A stretch of DNA of 62,007 nt, from positions 1 to 62,007 of the IMG/VR virus record IMGVR_UViG_3300024979_000006; one strand, written 5' to 3'. Origin of the DNA: a virus (taxonomy: Duplodnaviria; Caudoviricetes). Position numbers and translations under genes: made by a program. Below the pieces are notes generated by a model that was given only the letters and a program-made list of their open reading frames with translations, had not been told where the DNA came from and did no database searches. Position 1 is the stretch's first letter, and each line of letters opens with the position of its first letter. Below are positions 9,037 to 18,560 of this stretch, in pieces.

Positions 9037-9621
9037 TTAATATTCAATAATGTGCGCAAACGTGCCGCTGGTATGACTATTCACGACGACGCGCGATTTT
9101 TGCAATGGAGCGGTGTACGAATGTTCGAGATTCGCCGTTTTACTGGAATCGGCGGTGAATGGGTATAGATTAGAATCCGCTATAGATCCTGAATGTGAAT
9201 GTTGCAAATCGAAATTTATCGTACCACCAACAGCAACGGCAACGGTGACAGGGAATTTTAAAATATTAAACCACTGGCCTCGTGCGGCGGCGGTCCAGCC
9301 TATATCAAACGTATCAGCACCAATTGTAGCAGATGGTGTGACAGATGTGAGACTCTTGTAATACTTCGTTGACGTTACCGTTGCTGATGATCCAGGTGCC
9401 GTTAAGGTTTCGGTAACTGATTCACCATTAGCACCAACGCCAACCAACACCAATGTTTTTGCGCTGTGATCCGTAGCAGAATCATTACGTACCGTTATTT
9501 TATGTTCCAATCCGTCACCAGCCGTAGTTGCAGCAATGGTAAATGCTGCACCGGTCACGTTACTGGCATGTCCGGTAAGGCTGGCCGCTGCACACGTAAA
9601 ACTGCTTATATACTCAATCAT
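9037..9621 (-). CDS. Putative virion structural protein
   Basis: 194 aa, Thr/Ser/Ala-rich beta protein located between portal and scaffold. Confidence 0.65.
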   Translation of the reverse strand: MIEYISSFTCAAASLTGHASNVTGAAFTIAATTAGDGLEHKITVRNDSATDHSAKTLVLVGVGANGESVTETLTAPGSSATVTSTKYYKSLTSVTPSATIGADTFDIGWTAAARGQWFNILKFPVTVAVAVGGTINFDLQHSHSGSIADSNLYPFTADSSKTANLEHSYTAPLQKSRVVVNSHTSGTFAHIIEY

Positions 9622-9623
9622 CG

Positions 9624-9875
9624 TTATTTCTCAAATGTCATTGTTAATGTATGAACATTATCATTATGCGTAACCATTGATATTGAATCGGTTATATCAT
9701 TTGGATAATTGCTCATAATTCTCTCACATAATAGACGCATCACGTTTATTTTTCTATCGAATGTTATCTCATTGCGACCATCGCTACGTAAAAACTCGTC
9801 AACGTCCCCGGCATCCATAGTTGGACGCTTATTCGGCGTTAGATAAATACGTATCGTAAAATCACGATGGTTCAT
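9624..9875 (-). CDS. Hypothetical protein
   Basis: 83 aa, overlaps the portal stop. Confidence 0.55.
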   Translation of the reverse strand: MNHRDFTIRIYLTPNKRPTMDAGDVDEFLRSDGRNEITFDRKINVMRLLCERIMSNYPNDITDSISMVTHNDNVHTLTMTFEK

Positions 9876-12126
9876 TGTTATCGTCCGGGCGCATGGTTTC
9901 TATACCGTGTAACGGTTCGCCGTTCATGTCCGGCATTGGTGCGGGTTCTGGTGCGTTTGGACTCGGTACATTCACCTGTTGAGGCACTGGTGGTAATTGC
10001 GGTGATGTATTCTGTTGTACCGGCAACGCTTGTTCATAATTCGGATCAATACCAACCGGAGCCGGGTTTTGCATACCGGCATTCTGTACCACAACGTCAG
10101 CAATGCTCGATACTGTAGCCGCATTAGGCGTACTCGCCATGGCTAACCCGGCCTGGAACGCGGCATACTGCGCTTCAGTCATCGTTTTTACTCCTTGAGC
10201 CGACAACAATTTTACTTGTGCTGTTGTCACTTCCTGTTTCAATTCCAACTCCTTAACCTTGCGCTCTTGTTCTATTTGTTCGGGTGACGGTTGCGCGTCG
10301 TGCTCCTTCATCGCTTTGACAATCTCAGCCTTGTTCGGCATGTCCATTAAATTGATAATATGGGGCATCATTATTCGCTGGTAATCAGGCGATGTAGATT
10401 TAAACGCTTCAGAGAATGCAGATAATTGTTGCTTGCGGAAACTCGATGTACTTGGTACGTCGTCCAGATCGACCTTAAGCATTACACGCGATACGTCGTT
10501 ATTCACGTATTCGTTGCCCATTTCGTCATAGCACGATTCGTTGAGGGTAATGACTCGATCATCACGTAGTGCATTGCCCTCAATCGTGACTTTATGATCT
10601 TTTGTTTTCTTCAAATCACAGATAATTAATTCCATGAGTAACTCACCAACGTGAGACCGTGATTCTTTGAAATTATCATCGATATTAGCTAAACCCTGAT
10701 TGCTCTGTTCAACTACTGCATCAAATTGTGAAGCAGTATTAACTCCATTCGATTGCCCCATAAATTCGGGACTGGTGCCACCTAATTCTTTGAGTGTAGC
10801 TTTTGAGTCAAGATACATTTGATATTGCTGTTGACTCAATTCAAAGTCACGGCTGATTTCAAATTTTGCCCCAGGCATTGCCATGTGTTCACGATTCAGC
10901 ACGATGTCTGTATCTGGCCGAGCTACTTCGTTGCGCAACTGGTCGTTAGATCCTTTATAGGCACCGTCGGTGCGGATTACTCGCGTAGAGGATAGTCCCC
11001 ATCGTATTTTAGACAACGACGCATTGATATTGTCCTGCATGTACATCATTGCGCGTATGCGACCATACGGTACACCGGTGCGATCTTCTCTATGTCCCCA
11101 AAACGGAACATACGGAAAATGACGCGATTGATTTTCAGGTTCTTCGTCGGCCACTTTTAATGGACCGGCGAACCAGGCACGGCGGACGCGAGATAAAATT
11201 GCTTCACTTGGCATAACACCAGATAAAACCGCGTCTTGATGTTGCGGGTCGTCGATATGAAACTCTGTTGTTAATCCGTCGGGTAGCGCGATCACCATCG
11301 AACGATACCAGCGGCGATACCAGACCTCATACAACATGACTTTACGTCGATACGTATTGCGCCACTCTTGTTCCTCGATGGTCCAACCGCGTAACTGGTC
11401 CTGGCCGAAATATAGCCCGGTAGACAAACCACCATCGTTACCCAACACATCGATACCATGACGCATTGCCATCATCGACTCTAATAATTCGGCTTTATCG
11501 GGAAACAACAGTTTCGCTATATCCTTATCTACCCATTTACGACGCCCAACAAATCGCGCATCTAATCCCATAGGTGACTTTAGATAACCATCCCAGTCCC
11601 AAAACATCTCGTTACGATGCACATGATTCACACGATATGGATAATTCATAGGATTCATGTCGCGCGTAACTTCGACCCAACCGATACCCACTGAATACTG
11701 CGATTCATACGCATCGCTACATGCACGGTCAGCGCGGGATCTGCGTTCGGCGGTGTTTAGCTTCCAGTTTATCGCGTCGGCGATCTCTTGGCCTTGATCA
11801 TCTCCATCTGGGAGACAACGCCAATCGGTGCGACGCCGGGCTTCCGCGCCTAACGCCGATTCAATGGATAAACCAATCATGGGGGCAACCGCGGGAGGAA
11901 TACCCAGTTCTTTCATTTTTTCGAGAAAACTAGAATCCAATTGATTACCGTCCTTGTACTCCATTTCCTTATCGGCTTGCGCTTTAAATGGTGGCTGGTC
12001 CTTGACTTCGAGCAACAGCGTCGAAAATTCACCCGTACTCATTTCATCCTGTTCAGACTCAATTTTACCCAGTTCAAAACCATTTGGATTATCAATTTCC
12101 GGCGCATTCTTATCATACGAAATCAT
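9862..12126 (-). CDS. Portal protein (P22/F116-like)
   Basis: ADKEMEYKDGNQL, VGIGWVEV, FPYVPFWGHRED..GVPYG..R.M...QD..N motifs; directly follows TerL. Confidence 0.92.
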   Translation of the reverse strand: MISYDKNAPEIDNPNGFELGKIESEQDEMSTGEFSTLLLEVKDQPPFKAQADKEMEYKDGNQLDSSFLEKMKELGIPPAVAPMIGLSIESALGAEARRRTDWRCLPDGDDQGQEIADAINWKLNTAERRSRADRACSDAYESQYSVGIGWVEVTRDMNPMNYPYRVNHVHRNEMFWDWDGYLKSPMGLDARFVGRRKWVDKDIAKLLFPDKAELLESMMAMRHGIDVLGNDGGLSTGLYFGQDQLRGWTIEEQEWRNTYRRKVMLYEVWYRRWYRSMVIALPDGLTTEFHIDDPQHQDAVLSGVMPSEAILSRVRRAWFAGPLKVADEEPENQSRHFPYVPFWGHREDRTGVPYGRIRAMMYMQDNINASLSKIRWGLSSTRVIRTDGAYKGSNDQLRNEVARPDTDIVLNREHMAMPGAKFEISRDFELSQQQYQMYLDSKATLKELGGTSPEFMGQSNGVNTASQFDAVVEQSNQGLANIDDNFKESRSHVGELLMELIICDLKKTKDHKVTIEGNALRDDRVITLNESCYDEMGNEYVNNDVSRVMLKVDLDDVPSTSSFRKQQLSAFSEAFKSTSPDYQRIMMPHIINLMDMPNKAEIVKAMKEHDAQPSPEQIEQERKVKELELKQEVTTAQVKLLSAQGVKTMTEAQYAAFQAGLAMASTPNAATVSSIADVVVQNAGMQNPAPVGIDPNYEQALPVQQNTSPQLPPVPQQVNVPSPNAPEPAPMPDMNGEPLHGIETMRPDDNNEPS

Positions 12127-14055
12127 TTACATTCTCCAATCGGACGCACCGCGTGGCGTATCGATATATGTGTTTTGTTTCGGCCATTGTAACGCTAGCG
12201 TTATTTTCTTGTCACTAATTCCCATTTGCCGACCTTCGACTTCGGTGATACGCGCCAATGCATCTAGCATATCATCATGCAATGGAACTGGGAACGGTAT
12301 AAATTCCTGCTCGATAAAATCATGCACTAAATCGCGCGTTCTACCCTCATAATCTGTAACATTATGCGACATGGGCAGGTATAACTGTGCATTTTCACAT
12401 ATCGGCACCAGTCGCTTGATACGATCCTCTTTCGATGTCGGACCAGCGACTTCGATTATATCGAAGTGATACTGCTCACGGTCCATAACCGTTTGAATAT
12501 AGGCCTCATCTGACTGCATACCATATTGCTCATACCGCACTTCGACGGGTTTGTATTTACGATGTAACGATATAAGCCTGGCTATACGTTCGGTAAGATT
12601 GAGTCGGTCACGCACTTCTGGCACAGCATAATAATTACCATCAGAGCCAAGTCCAACAGCCCAGATAGAAGTATAGTCGCTACCTTTGCGCTTACTATTA
12701 GCTGCATCGACCAGTAAATACCAGTTGTTGCGTTCAATATCCAGCGTTCGGTAGTGGCGTAACCATTCTCTCTTGAAGCCTTGCAACGCATCGGCTATGG
12801 GATTTTGCAACATTTGACACGAAAAAACATAAACACCAAAATCACGACGCTTCTTGATCAACTGCTCATCAGTCAGAAACACTGGTTGTCCGGTAGATGA
12901 ACCGTCATCAGTAGCAGCATGAATCCGCGGTTCTGCGACACCTGTATCCATGATTGTTTTATATGTATCAGCGAAATGGTAGCGTGTACCAATGAACCGG
13001 CGACGACCACCATGGGCACCCAGATTAAACGATAACCGTAGAGCATCGGTCGTTTTTTCGATCATTTCAGGCGTAGATACAGATCCTAATGTAACGATGT
13101 CGTCATAAATCAGTAGCGAAAAATGCTTGCCTGTCGGCTGTCCGTCTACGACTCCATATGCTTCAACAGTTTGAGCATTGGGATTCGTGGTGCGTTTGAC
13201 ACATATACCATCGTCCTCGCTCCATTTGAGTGCTTCTTTTTTGGGATTTTTGTACAGAATATCGGGGAATGTGTCTTGCAACCGGGTATTTAACTCAAAT
13301 TCTGTTTTGATCTGGCGTAAAAAACCTTTAGCGATGGGTCGAATGTGGCTGAATATGCCAATAGTGATCTCAGGATCAATCAGAATATCTTGAATCGTTT
13401 TAGCGAATGTGATAATTGTACTATTATGCGTGGGTATCATCGATTTACCGACGCAATACATATCATTTTCGACCTGTATGCAACGTGTCGGCACACTAGC
13501 CACATAGTTAATGCGCGTTACAGTTATTTCATCGTCTATCCGCAAGTGTAACAACCTGGCGTAAAACATGCTTTTTGTAGTGCAAATAGATCCATCGCGT
13601 AATCGCCACAAATGCCCGGCACCAGCGATTATATATTCACCCGTATTAAACGTGAGCCTGTAACATTCTGAGTCGTGATATCGTGGTGTAACTGCTAATA
13701 CTGATACTACATCGCCATCTGGATTAAATACTGTATCGCCAACTAGCAATTCACCATGAGTAATCCAGCCTCGATTGCCAGAAAGAACCGGCGTAGTATC
13801 TGCTAAATCTTTATAATGTTCACGCGCCCAGAGATCCAGCCGGTCGTCTGGTTCGGCTTGCGCCTCGCGGCAACGTTCAAATAGCCACTGATTGTCCACG
13901 TCAGGACGATTAAGCATGTAACACAGCAGAAAAAACAAATCACCTCGGCACAATTTACGTATTGCTTCGATACGCATTTCTTCGGGGCACAGAGATAATT
14001 CAAATAGAATATCAGGGTAATCGTTTCGAGCTGGTAATAGATTATCAGGAATCAC
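12127..14055 (-). CDS. terL: Terminase large subunit with mini-intein
   Basis: Walker A AREHYK|ST split by the intein; TGKHFSLLIYDDI Walker B; IGTRYH; nuclease motifs VDAA..DYT and HDDMLDAL. Confidence 0.93.
   Translation of the reverse strand: MIPDNLLPARNDYPDILFELSLCPEEMRIEAIRKLCRGDLFFLLCYMLNRPDVDNQWLFERCREAQAEPDDRLDLWAREHYKDLADTTPVLSGNRGWITHGELLVGDTVFNPDGDVVSVLAVTPRYHDSECYRLTFNTGEYIIAGAGHLWRLRDGSICTTKSMFYARLLHLRIDDEITVTRINYVASVPTRCIQVENDMYCVGKSMIPTHNSTIITFAKTIQDILIDPEITIGIFSHIRPIAKGFLRQIKTEFELNTRLQDTFPDILYKNPKKEALKWSEDDGICVKRTTNPNAQTVEAYGVVDGQPTGKHFSLLIYDDIVTLGSVSTPEMIEKTTDALRLSFNLGAHGGRRRFIGTRYHFADTYKTIMDTGVAEPRIHAATDDGSSTGQPVFLTDEQLIKKRRDFGVYVFSCQMLQNPIADALQGFKREWLRHYRTLDIERNNWYLLVDAANSKRKGSDYTSIWAVGLGSDGNYYAVPEVRDRLNLTERIARLISLHRKYKPVEVRYEQYGMQSDEAYIQTVMDREQYHFDIIEVAGPTSKEDRIKRLVPICENAQLYLPMSHNVTDYEGRTRDLVHDFIEQEFIPFPVPLHDDMLDALARITEVEGRQMGISDKKITLALQWPKQNTYIDTPRGASDWRM
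13423..13809 (-). mobile_element. 129-aa mini-intein (class-3-like, Asp1) in the TerL P-loop
   Basis: DLADTTPVLSGNRGWITHGELLVGDTV...AGHLW...TRCIQVE...IPTHN|S; W-C-T triad present; no endonuclease. Confidence 0.88.
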
Positions 14056-14164
14056 GCCTATTCCTCATTTGCCTACGCGCATAATTTGAGTTTCGTACCA
14101 GCAAAAATAGCATATACGCATTAACCAACGGTAATATTTTGAAAAATAACTCAACCAGATTCAT
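14045..14164 (-). CDS. Small membrane protein (39 aa)
   Basis: MNLVELFFKILPLVNAYMLFLLVRNS...; bridges terS and terL with overlaps at both ends. Confidence 0.4.
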   Translation of the reverse strand: MNLVELFFKILPLVNAYMLFLLVRNSNYARRQMRNRRDS

Positions 14165-14714
14165 GTTTGGATCGCAATCGCTCCAACATCGCATTTACAA
14201 AATCGCCACCAGGTTCAATAGCAGCGGGTTTAGCTGGTGCGTCACCATCAGCATTGTCGGACATACCATAAACTAAGCGCTGCAATCCAATTACTGTTTT
14301 CTGCGATTCAATCAATTTTTTGAAACAATCTATTTTTACAGGTAATGGCGATTCATCTGGTAGGTTGACCAACTGTTTATGCAGCTCATCATATAGGTCC
14401 TGACTACGGTTTATCGACTCACGTTGCCGCATCGTTATATCTGCGTATGTTTGAGCGCAGGCCGCTATTATCTGGGCTTCAGTGGCTCTAGCTGCGGTAG
14501 AATGTGCTTCGTTGCGTACAATGTGACGTACTATAATATCCGCGCTCTTATCGCGTATGCGACCCGATAAATCCCGAACCCAACCAGCGCGCTTGACTTT
14601 ATCTCGAATCGCTTTTTCTGTGCAACCGAACTCTTTTGCTAATTGTCTCAATGACTTACAACTGGTTCTATAACCAATTTCAATCAATTCCCAATCATAT
14701 CTTTCGTGCGCCAT
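14151..14714 (-). CDS. terS: Terminase small subunit
   Basis: N-terminal HTH DWELIEIGYR...SLRQLAKEFG.TEKAIR....GW.RDL; upstream of TerL. Confidence 0.8.
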   Translation of the reverse strand: MAHERYDWELIEIGYRTSCKSLRQLAKEFGCTEKAIRDKVKRAGWVRDLSGRIRDKSADIIVRHIVRNEAHSTAARATEAQIIAACAQTYADITMRQRESINRSQDLYDELHKQLVNLPDESPLPVKIDCFKKLIESQKTVIGLQRLVYGMSDNADGDAPAKPAAIEPGGDFVNAMLERLRSKHESG

Positions 14715-14723
14715 AAATTTATA

Positions 14724-14752
14724 TTGACATTATCTATATATTGTGATTTAAT
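14724..14752 (+). promoter_or_regulatory. Sigma70-like promoter
   Basis: TTGACA-17 bp-TTTAAT with TG extension. Confidence 0.6.
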
Positions 14753-14790
14753 ATCATCGTAGTTTAATTTTACACCAACCAACCAAAAAA

Positions 14791-15474
14791 GTGAGAATTA
14801 TTATGGAAACTTTAAAAAGATCAACATACGGCGAAATTTTAAACCCTCCTGAATTTGTAAAAAAATTGCTCATGGATGCAGAAAAAGCTGGATGCTGGGA
14901 AACAGGAATCGCATCAGACAAAAAACATCGTGGTACTGCAATAAATACGGCCGTTTATGGCTATGATGAGTCACAAGAATTGGCCGTTGTTCAGGTTCGT
15001 GAAGCTCAATTTCGACCAGGGCGGTTTACTAAGGTTAGAAAGGATTATTACCTGATTGGTAGAGTTGAGAACGGCTCAATATTTGCACACGCTATAGATT
15101 CGCCCATTCGATCAAAATTAGCTCTTTCTGATGCTCAATATTGTATTGATTACTCTCTATCTAAAATATGGGCATGTAAAATTGATGATTTAAAAGACAT
15201 CATCAGACAGGGGGATGTGGCATTAATACCCATCGTGCATCTGCCAAAATCGGCAATATCGCTAAACGGCGAGGCGGAATTAATTAGAGATACTCACAAA
15301 TTGACCGGCGAGATTTGGCGTGACGCTGACGGTACATTATTTTGCAAACGTGGTGCAAAAATAGTTCATACCAAGCATGAGCACAAAACCATTCGTGCTA
15401 AATCTGGATACTACAGAGTCCAACCGGGCTACCGCGCCGAGGTTTGGGGATTTTCAGCACCAACCGCTGATTAA
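14791..15474 (+). CDS. Hypothetical early protein
   Basis: 227 aa (start may be ATG 14803); C-terminal RQGDV...H...H..HEH...GYY motif seen in phage proteins. Confidence 0.75.
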   Translation: MRIIMETLKRSTYGEILNPPEFVKKLLMDAEKAGCWETGIASDKKHRGTAINTAVYGYDESQELAVVQVREAQFRPGRFTKVRKDYYLIGRVENGSIFAHAIDSPIRSKLALSDAQYCIDYSLSKIWACKIDDLKDIIRQGDVALIPIVHLPKSAISLNGEAELIRDTHKLTGEIWRDADGTLFCKRGAKIVHTKHEHKTIRAKSGYYRVQPGYRAEVWGFSAPTAD

Positions 15475-15494
15475 TTTTAATCTGGAGAAACGCA

Positions 15495-15674
15495 ATGACA
15501 ATACGAAACTTCACTAATGAACAAACATTTACAACCGCAACAATCGTAGATAATTCGGATCTAGGTCACGATTTCATAGTACGAATCTATCTAAACGAAT
15601 GTTGGGATAGAGAGAACCATCTATTTAAAACACTTATAGATGCCGAATTATTTGCAATAGAGAGGATTGGGTAA
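15495..15674 (+). CDS. Hypothetical protein (59 aa)
   Basis: GGAG RBS; MTIRNFTNEQTFTTA...AIERIG. Confidence 0.6.
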   Translation: MTIRNFTNEQTFTTATIVDNSDLGHDFIVRIYLNECWDRENHLFKTLIDAELFAIERIG

Positions 15675-15747
15675 TGATAAATATATATAAACTTGCCGAG
15701 TTTTTGGCTTTTTTATTCGTAGCCGCTGTAATAGTAAGCTCGTTACT

Positions 15748-15960
15748 TTGGGTGCAGATATGAAACCGGAGGAGGTCGGGACATGGCGTTTTTGCCCGGC
15801 GTGTGGACGACCCATTAAAGCGGCGGAATTTGATTCAGAAGATCCTAACTCTGAAGCATTTGACTTTGAAAGTCCCGTCTGCTCCTGTTGTGACAGGGCA
15901 TGGATCGCTTGTCCATGTACACCGGCGGTAGATGGTGATTGTAAATCAATTGAGAAATAA
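15748..15960 (+). CDS. Small Cys-rich, probably Zn-binding protein
   Basis: CPAC...CSCC....ACPC...C. Confidence 0.6.
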   Translation: MGADMKPEEVGTWRFCPACGRPIKAAEFDSEDPNSEAFDFESPVCSCCDRAWIACPCTPAVDGDCKSIEK

Positions 15961-15962
15961 AT

Positions 15963-16109
15963 ATGAAATCAGAAAATAAAAAGATGGTAGCAATGTATCT
16001 TCCACCATGGATTATTGAAAAGCTAAAAGAAAACGCCAAAAACGGCGTTTCTCAGGCGGCACAGGTCGAGGCGGCACTAATCCACACATACGGCTGGAAA
16101 CGTCCGTAA
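15963..16109 (+). CDS. Ribbon-helix-helix-like DNA-binding protein (48 aa)
   Basis: KKMVAMYLPPWIIEKLKE....VSQAAQVEAAL...GW pattern. Confidence 0.6.
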   Translation: MKSENKKMVAMYLPPWIIEKLKENAKNGVSQAAQVEAALIHTYGWKRP

Positions 16110-16112
16110 ATC

Positions 16113-16141
16113 AAAAAAAAGGGGCAATTATGCCCCTTTTT
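16113..16141. terminator. Bidirectional intrinsic terminator
   Basis: A8-GGGGCA-atta-TGCCCC-T5 between convergent genes. Confidence 0.85.
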
Positions 16142-16158
16142 CGCATGTTTATGTATGT

Positions 16159-16428
16159 TTATTCGACTGGTGGTGCATCAGGCACAATAGCGTCCAATTC
16201 ATCAACTGCGGTTTGCACAGCTTGAACGGACGCTGCTTGTTCATCACTCAACGGCGCGTCTGCTAATTGTGCAGTTAAATCTTCAATCGCCGCTTGTAAA
16301 ACATCGATCTTTATAACTAGTTCAGTATCGATTTTAGACAGTTGACCGACTAACGACGTATTGATTGCGAGTAAATCTGATAATTTCATGAGTATTTTCT
16401 CCAAATATTTGATGATTAGGTATTTCAC
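16159..16428 (-). CDS. Coiled-coil hypothetical protein
   Basis: 89 aa, AGGAGG RBS, heptad pattern. Confidence 0.65.
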   Translation of the reverse strand: MKYLIIKYLEKILMKLSDLLAINTSLVGQLSKIDTELVIKIDVLQAAIEDLTAQLADAPLSDEQAASVQAVQTAVDELDAIVPDAPPVE

Positions 16429-16446
16429 ATGGCCTCCTAAACGGAA

Positions 16447-16944
16447 TTACAATAATATCACATCGTCACTGACTATCAACCATGATTTTCCATTTTCAGA
16501 TTCCAGCACTCGATCTACGCTAGCTTTAGGTCTGCCGCGCTGATATTGCAATATCGATTTTAAATTAGCCAGCGAACAACTTTTTTTGCTACTGGTAGAG
16601 AGCAGTTGCAACGCTTCTTTTTTCGTTAAGTCGTCTATTCCGGCAATTTTATCCAGTTTTACACGCTGTCTGGATTCTTCTTTTTTCAATTTTTCCTGTA
16701 ATCGGAATTCTCTTTTTTCAATACGTTCCGTTTTTTCATCAGCTTTAAATTCTGATAGTAGCGATATGGTGGCGGTTAATTCACTTTTAAAATTTGCCAT
16801 TTTAGATTTATGATTCTGTAACGCAATACTAGCATGGGTAAAATTAGTAACAAGCCGCGCTTGTTCATTATTCCCCTCTGTTAGTATTGCTCTAAGTTCA
16901 TTAAATCGGTTTGTTAGTTCATATCGGTTCATTGTATTCTCCAA
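16447..16944 (-). CDS. Coiled-coil hypothetical protein
   Basis: 165 aa; likely start ATG 16932 after GGAG. Confidence 0.65.
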   Translation of the reverse strand: MENTMNRYELTNRFNELRAILTEGNNEQARLVTNFTHASIALQNHKSKMANFKSELTATISLLSEFKADEKTERIEKREFRLQEKLKKEESRQRVKLDKIAGIDDLTKKEALQLLSTSSKKSCSLANLKSILQYQRGRPKASVDRVLESENGKSWLIVSDDVILL

Positions 16945-16984
16945 AAATTCGATACTATCACAAATTCAATTTTTTATAACGCAA

Positions 16985-17275
16985 ATTACAATACATAATA
17001 CACAAATAGAGTTGATACACAGTCTACAACCCTTTATTTTACTGGTTTGTGTATCAAGTGATGCATCTTCTCATGTTTTCTATACGGGGGTAATATTACA
17101 CGTATACGTATTATTACGCGTATACGCCCACCCCATATACGTATACGTGCGTTATTATTATTATTATTATTATACTATATATAAATAGATGATACACATA
17201 ATACACAATAGGCTACAACCAGCGTAATTGCTGGATTCAAGTGTGTATGTACTGTCTATGTATCGTGTATCGTCT
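16985..17275. other. Candidate replication origin
   Basis: Non-coding and AT-rich. Two units of ATACAC repeats-CTACAACC...CTGG-GTGTAT inverted repeats flank CGTATACG palindromes and a (TTA)7 tract. Confidence 0.55.
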
Positions 17276-17283
17276 ATTATAAT

Positions 17284-17312
17284 TTGACAATATTTAATAA
17301 ATATGATTCAAT
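17284..17312 (+). promoter_or_regulatory. Sigma70-like promoter for the paralog array
   Basis: TTGACA-17 bp-TTCAAT with TG extension; GAGGTG RBS downstream. Confidence 0.55.
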
Positions 17313-17347
17313 GTTACTCGATTTTAATAACTAGAGGTGTTTAAATT

Positions 17348-17797
17348 ATGATTACTAAACGAGACTGGCCCACTTGCCCGCGTGGTGATTGGATGCTTAT
17401 TTATTACGCTAAAACGCATCCAGAAAACAAGAGGGAGTTATCGCTGGCTAAAGGACTGTGCGCTAACACAGTCCGACATTTACTGACTGATCCACGTAGC
17501 CTGGCTGCTATAGATAACGCAATTGCGTATGGTCGAGGTGAGACCGAGTATGTTAATGAGACTGATGATATTAGTATCAGCTATCCCCCGCTTGCGTATG
17601 CTGTTATTAATAGTGGTGCGGCTATTACTATTATGATTGTTACTATTGCCGCGTATGTTATGGCGGCACCGGCGGTTTATGTTATGGCGGCTTCTTATGT
17701 TATGGCGGCTTTTTATATCGTTTATGCGACTATGGCTGTAATAAAAAAAAATCGACTCGATACCGCGAATATTTGCCGCGAGGTTTTGAAATTATGA
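17348..17797 (+). CDS. Paralog 1 of Ala-rich family (hydrophobic variable segment)
   Basis: RGDWML.YYAKTHPEN...CANTVRHL...AIAYGRGE...TANICREVLKL. Confidence 0.85.
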   Translation: MITKRDWPTCPRGDWMLIYYAKTHPENKRELSLAKGLCANTVRHLLTDPRSLAAIDNAIAYGRGETEYVNETDDISISYPPLAYAVINSGAAITIMIVTIAAYVMAAPAVYVMAASYVMAAFYIVYATMAVIKKNRLDTANICREVLKL

Positions 17798-18369
17798 AAG
17801 CAAAGAACAAATTAAAACGGTTAAACGCGTGTTCTGCCGCTATCGAATGGGTAGGTGAACGAACCATTGAAGAAGCCTGGGAACAATGCGAACGTGGTGA
17901 TTGGATGCTCTTGTATTACGCCAAAACGCATCCAGAAAACAAGAGGGAGTTATCGCTGGCTAAAGGACTGTGCGCTAACACAGTCCGACATTTAATGATT
18001 GATTCACGTAGTCTGGCTGCGGTGGATTACGCAATAATGTACGGGCGTGGTGAAGTTGAATACGATCCGTTATATGCCGCTTACGCCGCTGACGCCGCTT
18101 ACGCCGCCGCCGCCGCTTACGCCGCCGCCGCCGCTTACGCCGCCGCTTACGCCGCCGACGCCGCTGACGCCGCCGCTGACGCCGCCACTTACGCCGCCGC
18201 TTACGCCGCTTACGCCGCCGCTGACGCCGCCGCTGACGCCGCTTACGGCGCCGCTTACGCCGCTGACGCCGCTTACGCCGACGCCGCTGACGCCGCTTAC
18301 GCCGCTTACGCCAAAACAAAAAATAGACTCGATACCGCGAATATTTGCCGCGAGGTTTTGAAATTATGA
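17794..18369 (+). CDS. Paralog 2 with Ala/Tyr/Asp low-complexity repeat
   Basis: ATG 17794 coupled to the upstream TGA; LNACSAAIEW...WEQCERGDWML...(AAYAADAA)n. Confidence 0.85.
   Translation: MKAKNKLKRLNACSAAIEWVGERTIEEAWEQCERGDWMLLYYAKTHPENKRELSLAKGLCANTVRHLMIDSRSLAAVDYAIMYGRGEVEYDPLYAAYAADAAYAAAAAYAAAAAYAAAYAADAADAAADAATYAAAYAAYAAADAAADAAYGAAYAADAAYADAADAAYAAYAKTKNRLDTANICREVLKL
18076..18312. repeat. GCC/GCT/TAC/GAC low-complexity repeat
   Basis: gccgcttac / gccgctgac units. Confidence 0.95.
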
Positions 18370-18560
18370 AAAACAAAATTGTTCAAGTTGGGCTTGCGCC
18401 TGATGTTTATGCCTTGTTGCAACACAATGCTGACTTGCAACAGATTAGCGTGTCAAATTACGCGAGAATCATCTTGTCACAGACGTTAAAAACTGAATCC
18501 AGGGTAACACAAGGGTTCGGTCGAATAAGCCCACCAGCACAGGAGGACTCTCGATTATGA
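18366..18560 (+). CDS. RHH-like small DNA-binding protein
   Basis: MKNKIVQVGLAPDVYALLQHNADLQQISVSNYARIIL; ATGA-coupled at both ends. Confidence 0.6.
   Translation: MKNKIVQVGLAPDVYALLQHNADLQQISVSNYARIILSQTLKTESRVTQGFGRISPPAQEDSRL

Noticed and set aside
17975-18376. Arg-rich minus ORF and Pro/Leu/Thr ORF 18047-18361
   Set aside because: Stop-free alternative frames of the GCC/GCT low-complexity tract.
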